The notes under the pieces: model-generated
Seen by the model: the letters and a program-made list of their open reading frames with translations, nothing else
The model's database searches: none
Told to the model about the DNA's origin: nothing
Shown: piece by piece, positions 9,072 to 17,442 of the stretch
Layout of the letters: each line of letters starts with the position of its first letter
Numbering within the stretch: position 1 is the first letter of the stretch
NCBI GenBank assembly: GCA_038871515.1
Contig: JAVZHX010000001.1
Coordinates: forward strand, 96,001 to 160,000
Length of the DNA stretch: 64,000 bases
Origin: Candidatus Micrarchaeia archaeon
GTDB taxonomy: Archaea > Micrarchaeota > Micrarchaeia > Burarchaeales > Fermentimicrarchaeaceae
Reading direction: 5' to 3'
Translations under genes and position numbers: made by a program

Positions 9072-10582
9072 CACAGGCATAGCTTATTACCTTTTATAAA
9101 CAACCAAAGCTTCTCAGGAAGTTTCTGAATGCTCTCCCTTGCTTGCTTTCCATCATTCCTGAATCTAACAGTGACAGTTTCATCCTTCAGAGTTTGATAG
9201 TCAACCGTCACACAATACGGCGTTCCTATCTCATCCTGCCTTGCATATCTCTTTCCTATGCTTCCCGTTTCATCGTAAACAACCGCAAAACCCTCTCTCC
9301 TCAAATAATCCACAACCTGCGACGCTTTCTCATCAAGCCCATCCTTTCTCATTAGAGGAAGAACTGCAACTTCAAAAGGAGAGAGAAAAGCTGGAAAGTC
9401 AAACCACTCCCAATCCCTTCTCTCAGCACCCCCTCCTTTTCTGTAACAGTATTCAAGAATGCACAGCAGAGTTCTGTCAACTCCAAAGCTCGGCTCAACA
9501 ACATGAGGAGTTACCCTGCTTCCATCCTCAAGCAGAACAGACAAATCCTTCCCGCTTGCTTTGGAGTGGCTCCTCAAATCATAATCAGTTCTATACGCAT
9601 TTCCTATAACTTCCACCCAACCAGATGATATTTTCACCTCTAAATCAATATTACCTCCTGAGTAGTGAGGAGTTTCCTCTGGAAGCATATGCCTGAACCT
9701 AAGAGCATCATACGGAATACCCAACTTCATATAGAACTGCATCTCCCTCGCCATGAAATACGCCATTATCTCATTGGGGACAATTTTTCTTTCAATGAAT
9801 TGCTTTGCTGTTAACTCAACACACCTCTCGCTTCCCTTAGCTTGCTCCTCCCTTGTGTATACTCTGAACTTCTCATTCTCAACTTCCTTGAACTTTGGGT
9901 GTTTTGGCGTTTTTGGATTGAAGAAATACTCAAGCTCCATCTGGTTGAACTCCCTCAATCTAACTAACCCTTGTCTTGGCGATATTTCATTCCTGAATGA
10001 CTTTCCTATCTGCGCTATTCCCATGGGTAGTTTTGAGCCATGACTTCTAAAAATTCTTTGAAAGTTAAGAAAGATTCCCTGCGCAGTTTCAGGGCGCAGG
10101 TAACCTGTTGTTCCCTCTATCGGCCCTATGTTTGTTTTGAACATAAGGTTGAACCATCCAACCTCGCCAAGCGCGCCTCCGCATTCAGGGCATTTTACAT
10201 TTCTTTCCTTTATCTTCTTTGTAAGCTGCTCAGGCTTCATTCCCTCCCATTTTTTATCACGGAAACCACCTGATGTTCTCTCCTCAAGCAAATGATCTGC
10301 TCTGAACTTCTTCTTGCATTTCAAGCACTCCACAACAGGATCTCCGAAGCAGGAGAGGTGACCTGATGCTTCCAGAACAACCTCTGGAAGAATGTAAACA
10401 GATTCTATTTCCAGATAACCATCCCTTTTCAGGAAGAACTCCCTCCAGAAATCCTCAAGCTTTCTCTTCAACGCTTTTCCAACCGGCCCATAATCATAGA
10501 AACCACCGACTGGGGAGTAAAGCTCGTTTGAAGGAATAATTATTGAGCGCTTCAGCGCTATCTCCATTATCTCCTGCTTCAT
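9071..10582 (-). CDS. glyS: Glycine--tRNA ligase (alpha2 type)
   Basis: GFYDYGP, LRPETAQGIF, GKSFRNEISPRQGLVRLREF, EPSFGVDR and anticodon domain SIGKRYARQDEIGTP. Confidence 0.97.
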   Translation of the reverse strand: MKQEIMEIALKRSIIIPSNELYSPVGGFYDYGPVGKALKRKLEDFWREFFLKRDGYLEIESVYILPEVVLEASGHLSCFGDPVVECLKCKKKFRADHLLEERTSGGFRDKKWEGMKPEQLTKKIKERNVKCPECGGALGEVGWFNLMFKTNIGPIEGTTGYLRPETAQGIFLNFQRIFRSHGSKLPMGIAQIGKSFRNEISPRQGLVRLREFNQMELEYFFNPKTPKHPKFKEVENEKFRVYTREEQAKGSERCVELTAKQFIERKIVPNEIMAYFMAREMQFYMKLGIPYDALRFRHMLPEETPHYSGGNIDLEVKISSGWVEVIGNAYRTDYDLRSHSKASGKDLSVLLEDGSRVTPHVVEPSFGVDRTLLCILEYCYRKGGGAERRDWEWFDFPAFLSPFEVAVLPLMRKDGLDEKASQVVDYLRREGFAVVYDETGSIGKRYARQDEIGTPYCVTVDYQTLKDETVTVRFRNDGKQARESIQKLPEKLWLFIKGNKLCL

Positions 10583-10651
10583 ATAATCACAATTGGTTTA
10601 AGATAAGAAAGTAGATAAATATTGGCATTTAAATACTCTTTTGGTGGTTGA

Positions 10652-11428
10652 ATGGGACGGGAGGAGCTTCTTGAGAAAGCAAGAGCAGCTGTTAAGGAGG
10701 CTTACTTGGAAAAAGACAGACAGCTGATTCAGTGTGTCAATGCAATAGATGAACTTGATAAAACATGCAACCTTCTTTTTGAGAGACTGCAGGAGTGGTA
10801 TGGAATATACTTTCCAGAGCTTAGAGTTAAGGAAGTTGAAAAATACTGCGAGCTCATTCTAAAGCTGAACAGAAAGGAGTTTAATGAGGAGGAAGTTTCA
10901 AAAATAGTTGGGAAGGAGAAAGCAAAGGAGATTAAGGAGAAAGCAGGAAGGAGCATTGGAGTTGATTTAAGAGAAAGAGATTTGGAGGAGATAAGAAAGC
11001 TTGCCAGAGGGATATTAAATCTGAAAGCAGTCAGAAATTCTTTTGAGGAGTATGAAGTTGAATTTGCAAAGGAGCTCTGCCCAAATTTAACTTATTTAAT
11101 TGAAGCACCGCTTGCAGCAAAGCTGATTGCACATGCAGGTGGTTTGGAAAGACTTGCGAGGATGCCCGCTAGCACAATACAGGTTTTAGGTGCGGAGAAA
11201 GCGCTTTTCAAGCACCTGAGAAAACACACCAAATCACCAAAGCACGGCTTGCTTTTCCAGCATCCCTGGGTGAATTCAGCTCCAAAGAAGGACAGGGGTA
11301 AAATTGCAAGATTGCTTTCAACAAAAATTGCAATTGCGCTGAAAGCTGATTTTTACTCAAAGAATTTTATAGCTGATAAGCTGAAAGCTGATTTGGAGAA
11401 GAGAATGAATGAAATAAGGAAGGGATGA
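10652..11428 (+). CDS. nop5: Nop5/Nop56/58 box C/D RNP core protein (short form)
   Basis: ERLQEWYG-YFPEL, PASTIQVLGAEKALF, PKHGLLFQHP, RGKIAR. Confidence 0.92.
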   Translation: MGREELLEKARAAVKEAYLEKDRQLIQCVNAIDELDKTCNLLFERLQEWYGIYFPELRVKEVEKYCELILKLNRKEFNEEEVSKIVGKEKAKEIKEKAGRSIGVDLRERDLEEIRKLARGILNLKAVRNSFEEYEVEFAKELCPNLTYLIEAPLAAKLIAHAGGLERLARMPASTIQVLGAEKALFKHLRKHTKSPKHGLLFQHPWVNSAPKKDRGKIARLLSTKIAIALKADFYSKNFIADKLKADLEKRMNEIRKG

Positions 11429-11429
11429 G

Positions 11430-12083
11430 ATGAGGGTGCTTGCTCTTTCTGACTTGCACGCAGAGGAAGCTGTGCTTGATTGTTTAAGGAAACTCTTGGA
11501 GAAGGAGAAGTTTGACTTAATTTTGATTGTTGGCGATATAACTCACAAAGGACCTCTTTCCTATGCAGAGGATTTACTTGATGTTTTGAGAGGAGAAAAA
11601 CTTTTTGCAGTTCACGGCAACATGGACACTCAGCAGGTTGTGGATTTGCTTGAGAGGAGGGGTTTTCTTCTGCATTTGAGGAAAGCTGAGCTTGGCGGAT
11701 GGAATTTCATAGGTTACGGGGGAAGCAGCCCAACTCCTTTCAACACTCCAATTGAATACTCTGAGGAAAGAATTTATGAGGAATTGAGCAAAATGAGGAT
11801 GAACTCAAAAACAATTCTTATCACCCACCCCCCCCCATATAACTCTGGAGTTGATAGAACTTCTGGTGGAGTTAGCGCAGGAAGCAAGTCAATAAGAAAG
11901 ATTATTGAGGAGAAAAAACCATTTATGAATATATGTGGGCATATACACGAGGGGGAAGGTGAGGCAGTAATTGGAGAAACAAAAGTTGTAAAGGTTCCTG
12001 CAGCGATGAACGGAAAGGCTGTTGAATTGATGATTAGCAAGGAGATGGGGGTTAATTTTATTAAACTTGGTGAAAGAGTGTGA
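11430..12083 (+). CDS. Calcineurin-like metallophosphoesterase
   Basis: SDLH, GDIT, GNMD, THPPP and CGHIHE motifs. Confidence 0.9.
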   Translation: MRVLALSDLHAEEAVLDCLRKLLEKEKFDLILIVGDITHKGPLSYAEDLLDVLRGEKLFAVHGNMDTQQVVDLLERRGFLLHLRKAELGGWNFIGYGGSSPTPFNTPIEYSEERIYEELSKMRMNSKTILITHPPPYNSGVDRTSGGVSAGSKSIRKIIEEKKPFMNICGHIHEGEGEAVIGETKVVKVPAAMNGKAVELMISKEMGVNFIKLGERV

Positions 12084-12131
12084 GGAGTAGTCAGCAACAC
12101 TAATTTTATTAATGAGATTAATAAAGATACT

Positions 12132-15017
12132 ATGGCATCAGTCCGGGTGGTGTTAGTTGCGTTTCTGCTACTTTCTTTCTCCAACGTTTCATATTCAATT
12201 AATGAGTGTTGTGTTAACAATTGCACTATAGGAGTATATGCGGCAACAGTAGGAGGGCATTATTTCTGCCAGGGAATGGAGTATTGCGAGGCGGGAACGG
12301 CGTGTATTGGGGGAGAGTGTGTTCCTTCAACACCACCAAGTTATGAAGCACGCTGTGCTACATGCGGGACTTGTAATGGTTTGGGGGCATGTACTCAAAT
12401 TCTTCCATGTGGCGCTCCATGCGCTACTAACACTTACTCTGGATTTTGTAACGGGAAGGGACTTAGTCAGTACTATTGCATAGCGCCTCAACCCGGAGGC
12501 AATGAATGCAATTGCAATCAGATGTGCTACTCAGGCAAATGCTGCTCTGATAACAAGTGCGCTGCAGTTACAAACGGGTGTTGTTCTGATTCTGATTGTC
12601 CAACAGGCTATTTATGTAACTTGACAACAAAAACATGCTTTACAAAGTGTCAGGCGGACTGCACTTTTGGTGATGGGGTCTGCCATAGGGAATGTAATGG
12701 GATAAACGGCTGCGTGTTCAGAGAAGTTTGCGATGGAGTTGGAAAAGGCGCGGTTGTGTGCTTTGATGAGTACAGCACTGTAACCTGCTGCAGCGGCACA
12801 CCAACAACGTGTGGGACAGTGAGCATCACCTGTCCAAAAAAGTGTGATGGAAACAGGCTATGCTCTTATCCCTCAAACCAAGCAACATGCAGCAAAACGT
12901 GCAGCGGGGGGGTATGCCAGGAGTGCGTTCCGGACTGCGGCACACCCTCTTGCACAGATTGCGGGGCAGGTTATTACTGCTCCATCGATACATGCGTAAG
13001 CTGTCCAGCTGGCTGGGCGAACTGCGATGGAAGCGCAGCAAATAAATGCGAAACTAGTTTATTAACTGATCCAAGCAACTGCGGCTCATGCGGGAATATC
13101 TGTCCAAGCACCGCTCCTGTTTGCGAGAATGGGAAATGCATACCCTCAGCTACTCCTGCGTGCTCAAGCGATGCTGACTGCAACGATAAGAATCCCTGCA
13201 CAACTGATGTATGCAAAAACCCTGGCACGCCAACTGCTTCATGCGTCCATACAATTATAACTGCATGCACAAGCGGTGATGGATGCTGTCCAGAAGGATG
13301 CTCTTATCTTGTTGATACTGACTGTCCAGTGGTTGTTAAATGCGGAAATGGCAAATGCGAAACTGGGGAGGACTGCTGCAACTGCCCAGAGGATTGCAGT
13401 GCGGGAACATGCTTAGGAGACGTACCTGGTGAGGTGTGCAAAAAATACATCTGCAGTGGCAAGACGAAAGTTGAAGTTTACAAAGAGAACTGCTGTGGAA
13501 ACAGAATCTGCGAAAGTGGAGAGGGATGCTGGAGCTGTCCTGCTGACTGCTCCTGCCCTGCGGGACAGCAGTGCTTATACGATAAATGCACAACAAAGAA
13601 ACTTCTCCCAAATGGGGCGGAGTGCACAAGCAACGAGGAGTGCTCTTCTGGACACTGCGAGTTCGGCTACTGCTGTGCTGCTGGTTTGTGCTGCAGGCAA
13701 GACTCAGAGTGCCCACGCGGGCAGGTGTGTGTGGATTACAGCTGTCAGCTTCCAGGAACGAAATGCAGCGACGGCACTCCAACAGGTCAGTGCTCCAATG
13801 AGAAACCAAAATACTGCAACAACGGAGTTTGGGTTTACGCATGCGCAACATGTGGCTGTCCAGAAGGGGAGATATGCAGGATGGATGGTTTATGCTATGG
13901 TTTGCAGTGCAGTGATGGAACTCAGCAGGGAAAGTGCTCAAGCAACAAACCTCTATTCTGCAGCAAGAACAGAGAGTTAATTGAAAAATGCTCTGAGTGC
14001 GGCTGCCCAGAGGGTTTTCTCTGCGACAGAGAAAGGGAGTTCTGCTATAAAAAACCGTCTCTGAAAATTCTCTCCCCTCTTGAAAACCACACAATCAACG
14101 TTGGGGTGGAGAGAAAGGTTGTGATAAGCGGGGTTGTTGTGAAAGACGAGAAACCAGTTGCTTTCAGCATTGAGGGAAACGATTCAAGGTTCCTGCTTGC
14201 AAGTTACGATGCAACCACTGGTGAATTTGTTTTTGAGAATGTAACGCCGATAGAGGAAGGATATAACTACTTCTGCGTGAGAATTGCGGATAATGACGGA
14301 AATTTGCTTGCAAAAGAAGAGAGAAGTTTCAAAATAATTAACGCACCTCCCGGCATAACGGATCTATTTTCACTCCAGGAGTTGCCTTTTGGAATTGTTC
14401 AACTCTCTCTTCTTTTCCTTTTCCTCTTCCTCCTTCTTAACGTTCTTATTCCTCTTATCAGAAAGCTCACAGCTGCCCCACTTGATTTTCCAGATGGTTC
14501 CATAGTGCTTGTTGAGGGCGCGGTTGGAAGTGGGAAGGAGGAATTCTGCTTTGAAGTTGTGCGCAGAAAAATTAGAGAAGGCAAATTCTCTGTTATTCTT
14601 TCTTACGACCCAGCAAAGGAGGAGAACTGGTTCAGCACATGGGAGAGAAACAGACTGCTTTTTATAAAAATTGAGCCAGATATAAATGAAATTGCAATCA
14701 GCATATCAAAGATGCTCGGTGGTGAGCCCCGCATGGCTTTCATAAACATCCTCAGCCTCCTGCTTACAAAATACAACGCAGAGGAGCTGAGTGACTTTTT
14801 AAGCACAAACTTCACCAAGCTGAGAAACGCAAAGTGCAGTGCAGTTTTCTGCGTTGATAAAGGGGTTAATGATGAAACCCTTTCTGCAGTAGAGGGTTTG
14901 TTTGACGGTGTTGTTGAATTTCAGGTGCAGGAGGAGAAGGGTAAGCTGAGCTCGTACTTCAGGGTTAAGGAGTTCAAAACGAAAAAGTTTGACAGTAACT
15001 GGAGGAGGTTCAAATAG
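12132..15017 (+). CDS. Single-pass membrane protein: signal peptide, long Cys-rich repeat ectodomain, Ig-like domain, TM helix, cytoplasmic degenerate KaiC/RAD55-like ATPase domain
   Basis: Hydrophobic N-terminus; Cys repeats TDPSNCGSCGNIC, CNDKNPCTTDVC, 2x CGN-x-x-CE-x-GE-x-C, 2x CSDGT...KP..C...CGCPEG; TM IVQLSLLFLFLFLLLNVLIPLI; P-loop GAVGSGKE; LFDGVVEF. Confidence 0.8.
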   Translation: MASVRVVLVAFLLLSFSNVSYSINECCVNNCTIGVYAATVGGHYFCQGMEYCEAGTACIGGECVPSTPPSYEARCATCGTCNGLGACTQILPCGAPCATNTYSGFCNGKGLSQYYCIAPQPGGNECNCNQMCYSGKCCSDNKCAAVTNGCCSDSDCPTGYLCNLTTKTCFTKCQADCTFGDGVCHRECNGINGCVFREVCDGVGKGAVVCFDEYSTVTCCSGTPTTCGTVSITCPKKCDGNRLCSYPSNQATCSKTCSGGVCQECVPDCGTPSCTDCGAGYYCSIDTCVSCPAGWANCDGSAANKCETSLLTDPSNCGSCGNICPSTAPVCENGKCIPSATPACSSDADCNDKNPCTTDVCKNPGTPTASCVHTIITACTSGDGCCPEGCSYLVDTDCPVVVKCGNGKCETGEDCCNCPEDCSAGTCLGDVPGEVCKKYICSGKTKVEVYKENCCGNRICESGEGCWSCPADCSCPAGQQCLYDKCTTKKLLPNGAECTSNEECSSGHCEFGYCCAAGLCCRQDSECPRGQVCVDYSCQLPGTKCSDGTPTGQCSNEKPKYCNNGVWVYACATCGCPEGEICRMDGLCYGLQCSDGTQQGKCSSNKPLFCSKNRELIEKCSECGCPEGFLCDREREFCYKKPSLKILSPLENHTINVGVERKVVISGVVVKDEKPVAFSIEGNDSRFLLASYDATTGEFVFENVTPIEEGYNYFCVRIADNDGNLLAKEERSFKIINAPPGITDLFSLQELPFGIVQLSLLFLFLFLLLNVLIPLIRKLTAAPLDFPDGSIVLVEGAVGSGKEEFCFEVVRRKIREGKFSVILSYDPAKEENWFSTWERNRLLFIKIEPDINEIAISISKMLGGEPRMAFINILSLLLTKYNAEELSDFLSTNFTKLRNAKCSAVFCVDKGVNDETLSAVEGLFDGVVEFQVQEEKGKLSSYFRVKEFKTKKFDSNWRRFK

Positions 15018-15025
15018 GTGGTTGA

Positions 15026-15781
15026 ATGGAAAGAACAAAAACAGGTGTGAAGGGTTTGGATGAGATTCTTAAAGGAGGAATTCCCAAAAACTCAGTTGTG
15101 CTTGTTTCGGGTGCAGCTGGCTCAGGAAAAACAATACTCGGCTTGCAGTTTTTGGTGAACGGAGCTGTTGAGTTCGGCGAGAGAGGTTTGTTTGTCACTT
15201 TTGAGGAATCACGGAATGACGTAACTTCGCAGGCACTTCAGTTTGGATGGGATTTGGAGAAATTGGAAAGCGAGGGAAAGCTCAAGATAATGACGTTTGT
15301 TCCATCAAAGCACCATCTCTCATATATAAACTCAGAGATAGATTCCGCAATAGACGAGTTCAAGCCACAACGACTGGTTTACGACTCAATTTCAACGATA
15401 GGCGTTTATGCAGAAGTTATCGCAGACGTTGAAACTCTTATGAATTTAGGATTGAAGAAGGAGGATGTGACAATTCACCTGCCGCCAGAAACGGTTACAA
15501 GAAGAGCTGTTATGGATATAATGGGAAAGCTTAAATCAGCTGATATCACTTCTCTTGTCATCTCCGAGCTTCCGAAGCAGTCCAGCTACCTAAGCAGGGA
15601 CACGATAAGCGAATTCATTGCAGATGGGATAGTTTTGCTGCACTGCTTGGAGAAAAAGGAGAAAAAGATAAGAGCAGTTGAAGTTTTGAAGATGAGAAGA
15701 ACTGAGCACTCTATGGATTTGGTTCCGATGATTATCAGTGAGAGAGGAATAGAGGTGCTTGTTGGAGAGAAAGTTTACTGA
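15026..15781 (+). CDS. KaiC/RAD55-family single-domain ATPase
   Basis: RTKTGVKGLDEILKGGIP, Walker A GAAGSGKT, catalytic TFEE, Walker B LVYDS, EFIADG, KMR. Confidence 0.92.
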   Translation: MERTKTGVKGLDEILKGGIPKNSVVLVSGAAGSGKTILGLQFLVNGAVEFGERGLFVTFEESRNDVTSQALQFGWDLEKLESEGKLKIMTFVPSKHHLSYINSEIDSAIDEFKPQRLVYDSISTIGVYAEVIADVETLMNLGLKKEDVTIHLPPETVTRRAVMDIMGKLKSADITSLVISELPKQSSYLSRDTISEFIADGIVLLHCLEKKEKKIRAVEVLKMRRTEHSMDLVPMIISERGIEVLVGEKVY

Positions 15782-16977
15782 AGCACTCCGTAACCGCATA
15801 ACCTCCACCGCTGTCCTATCCTCCTGCTTATCGCTATCTTTGTATTCTTCTCAGCGCAAACCGGTCTTTTCAGCTTCACGTTCATCAAACTTTTCTTTAT
15901 TTTTTCAACAAACCCAACCGTTGTTGATGTGCCAACGCCAAGCACAAGCGGTTCGTTTAACTTTAAAGGTGGATTCTCCATATCCTGCCTCTCAAAGAGG
16001 TGGAACTCAAGCTCAAGTGAATCGGCAGTTTCCGGGAGGGAGCCAATCCTTCCGAGTATATTCCCAACAAGCGCATCTGCTTTTGTCAGCGCAGGGTCTA
16101 AACTCGTCCCAACAGCAATCAAGCCACCTGGAACTGCTTTCTCAAGTTTCTCTTTTCCAGCATGGAGGGAGACAACCTTTGAAACTATTGGCTCGTAAAC
16201 CTCCCTCTCCCCTTTTGATAAACCAGGTTTTATCTCTATTTCATCACCGCACTTCAGCTCCCCTTGTATCAACGAACCGCCAACAACTCCGCCAGCAAGC
16301 TTCTCTATTTCTGTGCCGGGTTTGTTCACGTCAAAGGAACGCGCCACGTACATACGCGAGGAAGCATTCAAATTCCTTTGGGGAGTTGGAATGTGCTTCT
16401 GAATCTGGCTGATAAGCACATCTGCATTAAGACAGTAATTCGCAACAAATGGAACTACTGGTGCATTCTCCGCAATTGTGCCTTTCACAAACTCCTTTAT
16501 CTGTTCGTAATGTGCTTTTGCCTTTTGTTTATCAACTAAATCAACCTTATTTTGAACAATTATTATATTTTTGATTTTTAGAATGTCAAGCACCATCAAA
16601 TGTTCAACCGTCTGGGGCTGCGGGCAAGGTTCATTTGCAGCAATAACAAGTATCGCCCCATCCATTATGCTTGAAGCTGCAATTGCGGTTGCCATAAGCG
16701 TTTCATGCCCAGGCGCATCAAGGAAGGAAACTCTTCTAAGAATTTCTGTTGGGGAACCGCATTTTGCGCATTTCTCCTCAATTGTAAACCCTTCTGGCTC
16801 AGCGCACTGCGGGCATTTTCTAAAAACAGCATCAGCATAACCCAAACGTATTGTAATTCCTCTCTTCCTCTCCTCGCTGTGAACAAGCGTCCAAACCCCG
16901 CTCAAACATTTGACAACAGATGTTTTACCATGCTCAACATGCCCAAGAAGACCGATGTTCACCTCTGCCTGTCCCAA
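15775..16977 (-). CDS. eif2g: Translation initiation factor aIF2 gamma subunit
   Basis: HSEE-x-RGITIRLGYA, Zn knuckle, DAPGHETLMAT, PQPQT-EH, NKVD, RSFDVNKPG. Confidence 0.96.
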   Translation of the reverse strand: MGQAEVNIGLLGHVEHGKTSVVKCLSGVWTLVHSEERKRGITIRLGYADAVFRKCPQCAEPEGFTIEEKCAKCGSPTEILRRVSFLDAPGHETLMATAIAASSIMDGAILVIAANEPCPQPQTVEHLMVLDILKIKNIIIVQNKVDLVDKQKAKAHYEQIKEFVKGTIAENAPVVPFVANYCLNADVLISQIQKHIPTPQRNLNASSRMYVARSFDVNKPGTEIEKLAGGVVGGSLIQGELKCGDEIEIKPGLSKGEREVYEPIVSKVVSLHAGKEKLEKAVPGGLIAVGTSLDPALTKADALVGNILGRIGSLPETADSLELEFHLFERQDMENPPLKLNEPLVLGVGTSTTVGFVEKIKKSLMNVKLKRPVCAEKNTKIAISRRIGQRWRLCGYGVLQ

Positions 16978-16987
16978 TCAACCACCA

Positions 16988-17377
16988 CTACTTCTCCTCC
17001 TTCTTCTTCGGCGGGAAAAGCTCCTCAAGCTTCTTCTCTCCCCACTCCACAACTTTGCTGTTTATCTGAACTATCTGGTCAGTCACAAGGTTTCCTCGCA
17101 CATTCTTCTTTCTCCTCTCCCCTTTTCTCGTGGGGTTAAAACCAACTCCCCCTGAGAGAAGCAGCTTTGCCCTCCTCCCTCCCTTCAAATCCTTCCTCAT
17201 CGGCACCCCATCCTTGTCACTTCCACCAGTTATCTGAAACTTATAACCTGCTGCTCCAACAACCCCGCCATCAAAGGAATCACCTACTTTCAAACCAATA
17301 AGCAGGCTCTCCTTCTCCTTAGGTATTTCGGTTTGATAGCTCCTCCCTGTTTTTGTATCGGACATCACAATTTTCAT
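16988..17377 (-). CDS. rps6e: 30S ribosomal protein S6e
   Basis: ITGGSDKDGVPM, GERRKK-VRGN, QIN; conserved aIF5B-S6e-aIF2gamma order. Confidence 0.96.
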   Translation of the reverse strand: MKIVMSDTKTGRSYQTEIPKEKESLLIGLKVGDSFDGGVVGAAGYKFQITGGSDKDGVPMRKDLKGGRRAKLLLSGGVGFNPTRKGERRKKNVRGNLVTDQIVQINSKVVEWGEKKLEELFPPKKKEEK

Positions 17378-17442
17378 TGCAATACCTCCTTACGCTCAAA
17401 AATGGGAATATGATAACGTCGTCAAGATTTATAATTCTGTCG

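Noticed and set aside
11828..11836. C9 homopolymer as a phase-variation tract
   Set aside because: In frame and encodes the conserved H-P-P-P motif of the phosphoesterase; no frameshift.
15026..15781. Circadian clock
   Set aside because: Single-domain KaiC-like ATPase with no kaiA or kaiB; such proteins are widespread in archaea.
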